Assembly: GCA_964016885.1 (NCBI GenBank)
Contig: OZ024757.1
Span: 35,588,001 to 35,652,000 of the forward strand
Length of the DNA stretch: 64,000 bases
Reading direction: 5' to 3'
Source: Eledone cirrhosa
Lineage: Eukaryota
The first letter of the stretch is position 1, and the number at the start of each line of letters is the position of its first letter. Of this stretch, positions 60,394 through 64,000 are shown piece after piece. A program made the translations under genes and the position numbers. The notes below the pieces were generated by a model, which made no database searches, was not told the origin of the DNA, and saw nothing but the letters and a program-made list of their open reading frames with translations.

Positions 60394-60827
60394 CATCAGC
60401 AATATTTACCTATCTTCCGGCCTCTCTCGAGAATCGTAAAAGCACATATCGTTATATGCTTTTTTCTATGAAAATTAGTAGTGGGCAGACTAATTTGCAT
60501 AGAGTGTGAGTAAGTACCGGTTCAACGGAGACGATAAAAACAAATAACGAAACGAAATTAAACTTCGTTTCGTTTGTAACTCACTTTTGTATGACTGACG
60601 CTTAAATAATTAAGTTAAAGATGTACATCCATATATGTATACTGAAATACTAGTATGTATATGAATACACACACGTATACATATGTAGATGTACCAAGTT
60701 TTTTCACTGGTCACTTTACTGTGAGTGGCAGCTATTCTGTATGTAAACACACAGACAAACCGGTTTTAGAGTCATACTGGTTTTTGAGGAAACACCTTTC
60801 CTCTATTCTCCAGAAAGCCAGACAAGG

Positions 60828-60872
60828 AATATTGAACTAGTTTCGTTGTTGTTACAACTCATCAGCAATATT
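60828..60872 (-). ncRNA. Minimal type I hammerhead ribozyme, family D
   Basis: Minus strand AATATTG-CTGATGA-GTTGT AACA ACAAC-GAAA-CTAG-TT-CAATATT; palindrome ACTAGT; GUU cleavage triplet. Confidence 0.85.
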
Positions 60873-60999
60873 ACCTATCTTCCGGCCTCTCTAGAGAATC
60901 GTAAAAGCACATATCGTTATATGCTTTTTCTATGAAAATTAGTAGTGGGCAGACTAATTTGCATAGAGTGTGAGTAAGTACCGGTTCAACGGAGACGAT

Positions 61000-61470
61000 A
61001 ACATAGACAACATAGAAATTAAATAATATCTAAACATAGAAATGACCCAGCAGATAGGCAAATCAGAGAGGCCAGTGAAATAGAACTTAGAAGGCCAAGG
61101 CTAAACAGAAAGAATGAATGGAATAACAACAACACCCAAACAAACAACACTCACCTAAGAGAAGTATAAATAAATAAATAGATAAATAAATAAATACATA
61201 CACAAGCACAATAACAACAAAACACATATAAACACACACTAGTAAAGATAGAATACATTAACCAATACACAGTCACCCAATCACGAACACACATCAAACA
61301 AAACACTATACACACACGCAAACGCATGCACAAAGAAGACAAAATAAATAAACAAATAAATAAATATATAAACAGACTAAATAAAGATGCATAGAAAATA
61401 CAATGCAACGGGAGGAAACAATAGCACCACTGACGATGTTGCAGATGTGCAACGAAAGAACTTTGATAAA
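61000..61470 (+). mobile_element. Penelope-like element 3' fragment: GIY-YIG endonuclease C-terminus, A-rich UTR, decayed hammerhead (61426-61467)
   Basis: DNIEIK(frameshift)IISKHRNDPADRQIREASEIELRRPRLNRKNEW fits the I-x-R-x-I-x-EA-x-I-x-P-x-LN motif; CTGACGA-T-GTTGCA GATG TGCAAC-GAAA. Confidence 0.7.
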
Positions 61471-62619
61471 CTATATATGTGTTTGTGTCTATATTGTATC
61501 TGTATTATTTTTGACGTTGTCAGTCAATGGCAACATTGAGGACCGAATATATTAGATTACCGATATAAAAGACACAGAAGCGAAAAGCGAAAACCACTAA
61601 ACAGTGAGTGTGTTCTGTTATTAATTCTGGCAATATTACACAAATATCACCCTCCCCAAGTATAACAATATTTGTTTCGACGCACGATTTCATATCAAAA
61701 ACCTCGCAAAACTAATTCATTGCCGTTATATAAAGGAAAATAAAATGCTGACAAATTTTTCCCAGTGAAAAATAGTTTAATTAGGAATAAGTATAAATTA
61801 GTAATAAGTATTGGTTAGTATTCAGTTTTAGTTTTAAGTGTTTACCGGTTGCGCATTTCTAATGCTTTCAAAAATAACAATATACCGTATTTGCAGGCCT
61901 ATTGGACGCACCTTCGCATAAGACGCCCTCTCTTTTTTTTTATTATTACCAGCAGAAAAACCACCTTCGAGTGGTTTTCTGCCAGCATGTGTAGTGTGTA
62001 TATTGATATTATACGCAAGTATATATACATGTAGGTATGATACATGTGTAGTGTGTATATTGATATTATACGCAAGTATATATACATGGAGATATGATAC
62101 ATCAAATAAAATCGTAATTGACAATATCCATAGAAATGGAACGAAGACTGTGTTACACTGTCTTATGTAATCAGTAATGTAATCCATGATACATTAAAAA
62201 AAGACGATATTATATATAAACTGCATTAGGAGAAAATTAGTGACAGAAATATATGTATGTTTATTTAAACGATCACTAACCGGAAGTGTTGACATTTGAA
62301 AATGTTAAAGAATTGAATCTTTAAATAAGTAATAAAATATATTTAATCAACAGCCACGAAATTTAGTAGATAAATTATGTAATATTCATTCATTATTTAT
62401 TCAAAGTAATCCAACTTATTTTACTAAGGGGATAACAAAAATTATAAACCGTACGCAGTCCCGCGCTTCTTAGTTTATTATAGTTTAGATATTTTACGTT
62501 ATATTTTGACGTTTATAATCAATTTTATGGACCACGTCCAATATTCGCGGTGTTTCACTCTTCGCGAATGCTCTAGGAACGTAACCCCACGAACACCGAG
62601 GGACAACTTTATATATATT

Positions 62620-62652
<33 letters not shown>

Positions 62653-63800
62653 ATATTTCCCACCCCGGAAAAAAAAAACCCCAATTGATGGATGTGAATC
62701 CGAAATATATAGGGACTATTAAATCTCTCCCAAGGTAACTCTCTCTCTCTCTCTTGTGTTGTTATTATTATTTTTACCCTTTCACTATTCCCTTCATTCT
62801 ACACATCTCACACATCTTATACACACCACGCATCTCAACGTACACCCACTTACATATCTCTCTCTCCTCCACCGGACCCTGTTACCCGGAGATTTACCCA
62901 TTTGCATTGTCGAGGCTTCCAAACGACTTATAAATATATATATATATATATAAATCCCATATAATATTCAGTATTTATACTTTGAGCTTGTTAATTACAG
63001 GATTTCAGTATGAGTTATTAACTCTACCTTTCATTTATATATATATCCCATATATATATATATATATATATAGGGGTCCATATCATTCCACTGCAAAGTG
63101 GTCGTGAAGGTGCCACGGCAAAAAAGGACCCAGCACTCACTGTAAATGAGGTTGGTGTTAGGAAGGGCATCCAGCTGTAGAAATCAAGCCAGAATCAGTT
63201 CCCGTCCCACCCTTGCAGGCAGGGAAAAGTGGACGTAAGATGAAATGATGAATGATGATATATATATGGGATAGAGACGGGGAGGGGGGCTAGCATATAG
63301 AGATAGACGGAGGCGCGGGCAGTATAGATAAGGGAATTTATGATCGTATAGAGACAGTGGGAGAGAAGTGAGAGGTAAGCAGTGTATCTATGAGAGAGGG
63401 GGGTATAAATAGGGAGAGAAGTGAGAGGTAATGTTTATATGGGTGTGTGTATGTATGTGTGTACGTACGATTCGATCGTCCTTTGCCCCCTTCATATAAC
63501 ATGTTGTGACCAGATGTTGGTGGTGATGGGAGTGGTGGATGGTGGTGGTGGTGGTGGTGGTGATGGTGGTGACTGTGAGGGTGGTGGTGGTGGTGGTGGT
63601 GGCTGTGAGGGTTATGATGGTGGTGGTGGTGGTGGTGGTGGTGGTGGCCATGAGGGTTATGGTGGTGGGGGCTCTTTCCCTCCTCTCCATCTTGTATGCG
63701 ATGTGTTTGCATTAGTAACGAGCATCTGGGAGGCATATGGTGCTCCCGCTATCCCCTTATAAATACATATGTGCTAGTCTGTGTGTATATATATATATTT

Positions 63801-63839
<39 letters not shown>

Positions 63840-63907
63840 TATATGTATATATATATATATATGTATGTATATATATATATGTATGTGTATGTATGTATGT
63901 ATGTATG

Positions 63908-64000
<93 letters not shown>

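Overview
Extremely AT-rich, microsatellite-laden eukaryotic DNA; the SINE and microsatellite landscape is most consistent with an octopod cephalopod (inference). Only one host gene is recognisable: a 2,025-nt coding exon of a myogenic bHLH factor (MyoD/nautilus, minus strand, 33024-31000), with a ~555-aa low-complexity N-terminus and a phase-0 GT donor after SDYM. I could not find its downstream exons. Almost all other ORF-track entries are (TA)n/(TATG)n/(CA)n/(GA)n artefacts. The rest is tRNA-derived SINEs (often in tandem), 3' fragments of R4/Dong, CRE-like, RTE, L1/Tx1, CR1 and Penelope retroelements, hAT/Tc2/mariner/piggyBac-like MITEs, a Helitron and minisatellites. The most interesting signal is a set of seven intact-looking minimal type I hammerhead ribozymes in four sequence families, plus one decayed copy. 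Three families are short (TA)n-embedded elements that share an unusual architecture: an 8-nt self-complementary stem III, an AUA cleavage site, and a long stem II with a C-pyrimidine mismatch at position 4. Several sit in inverted or tandem pseudo-LTR-like arrangements. Also notable: a 16-bp minisatellite amplified from the AVETSG codons of a dead CRE-like endonuclease, and a cluster of foldback hairpins in the presumed MyoD intron. All structures were folded by eye; no searches were run.
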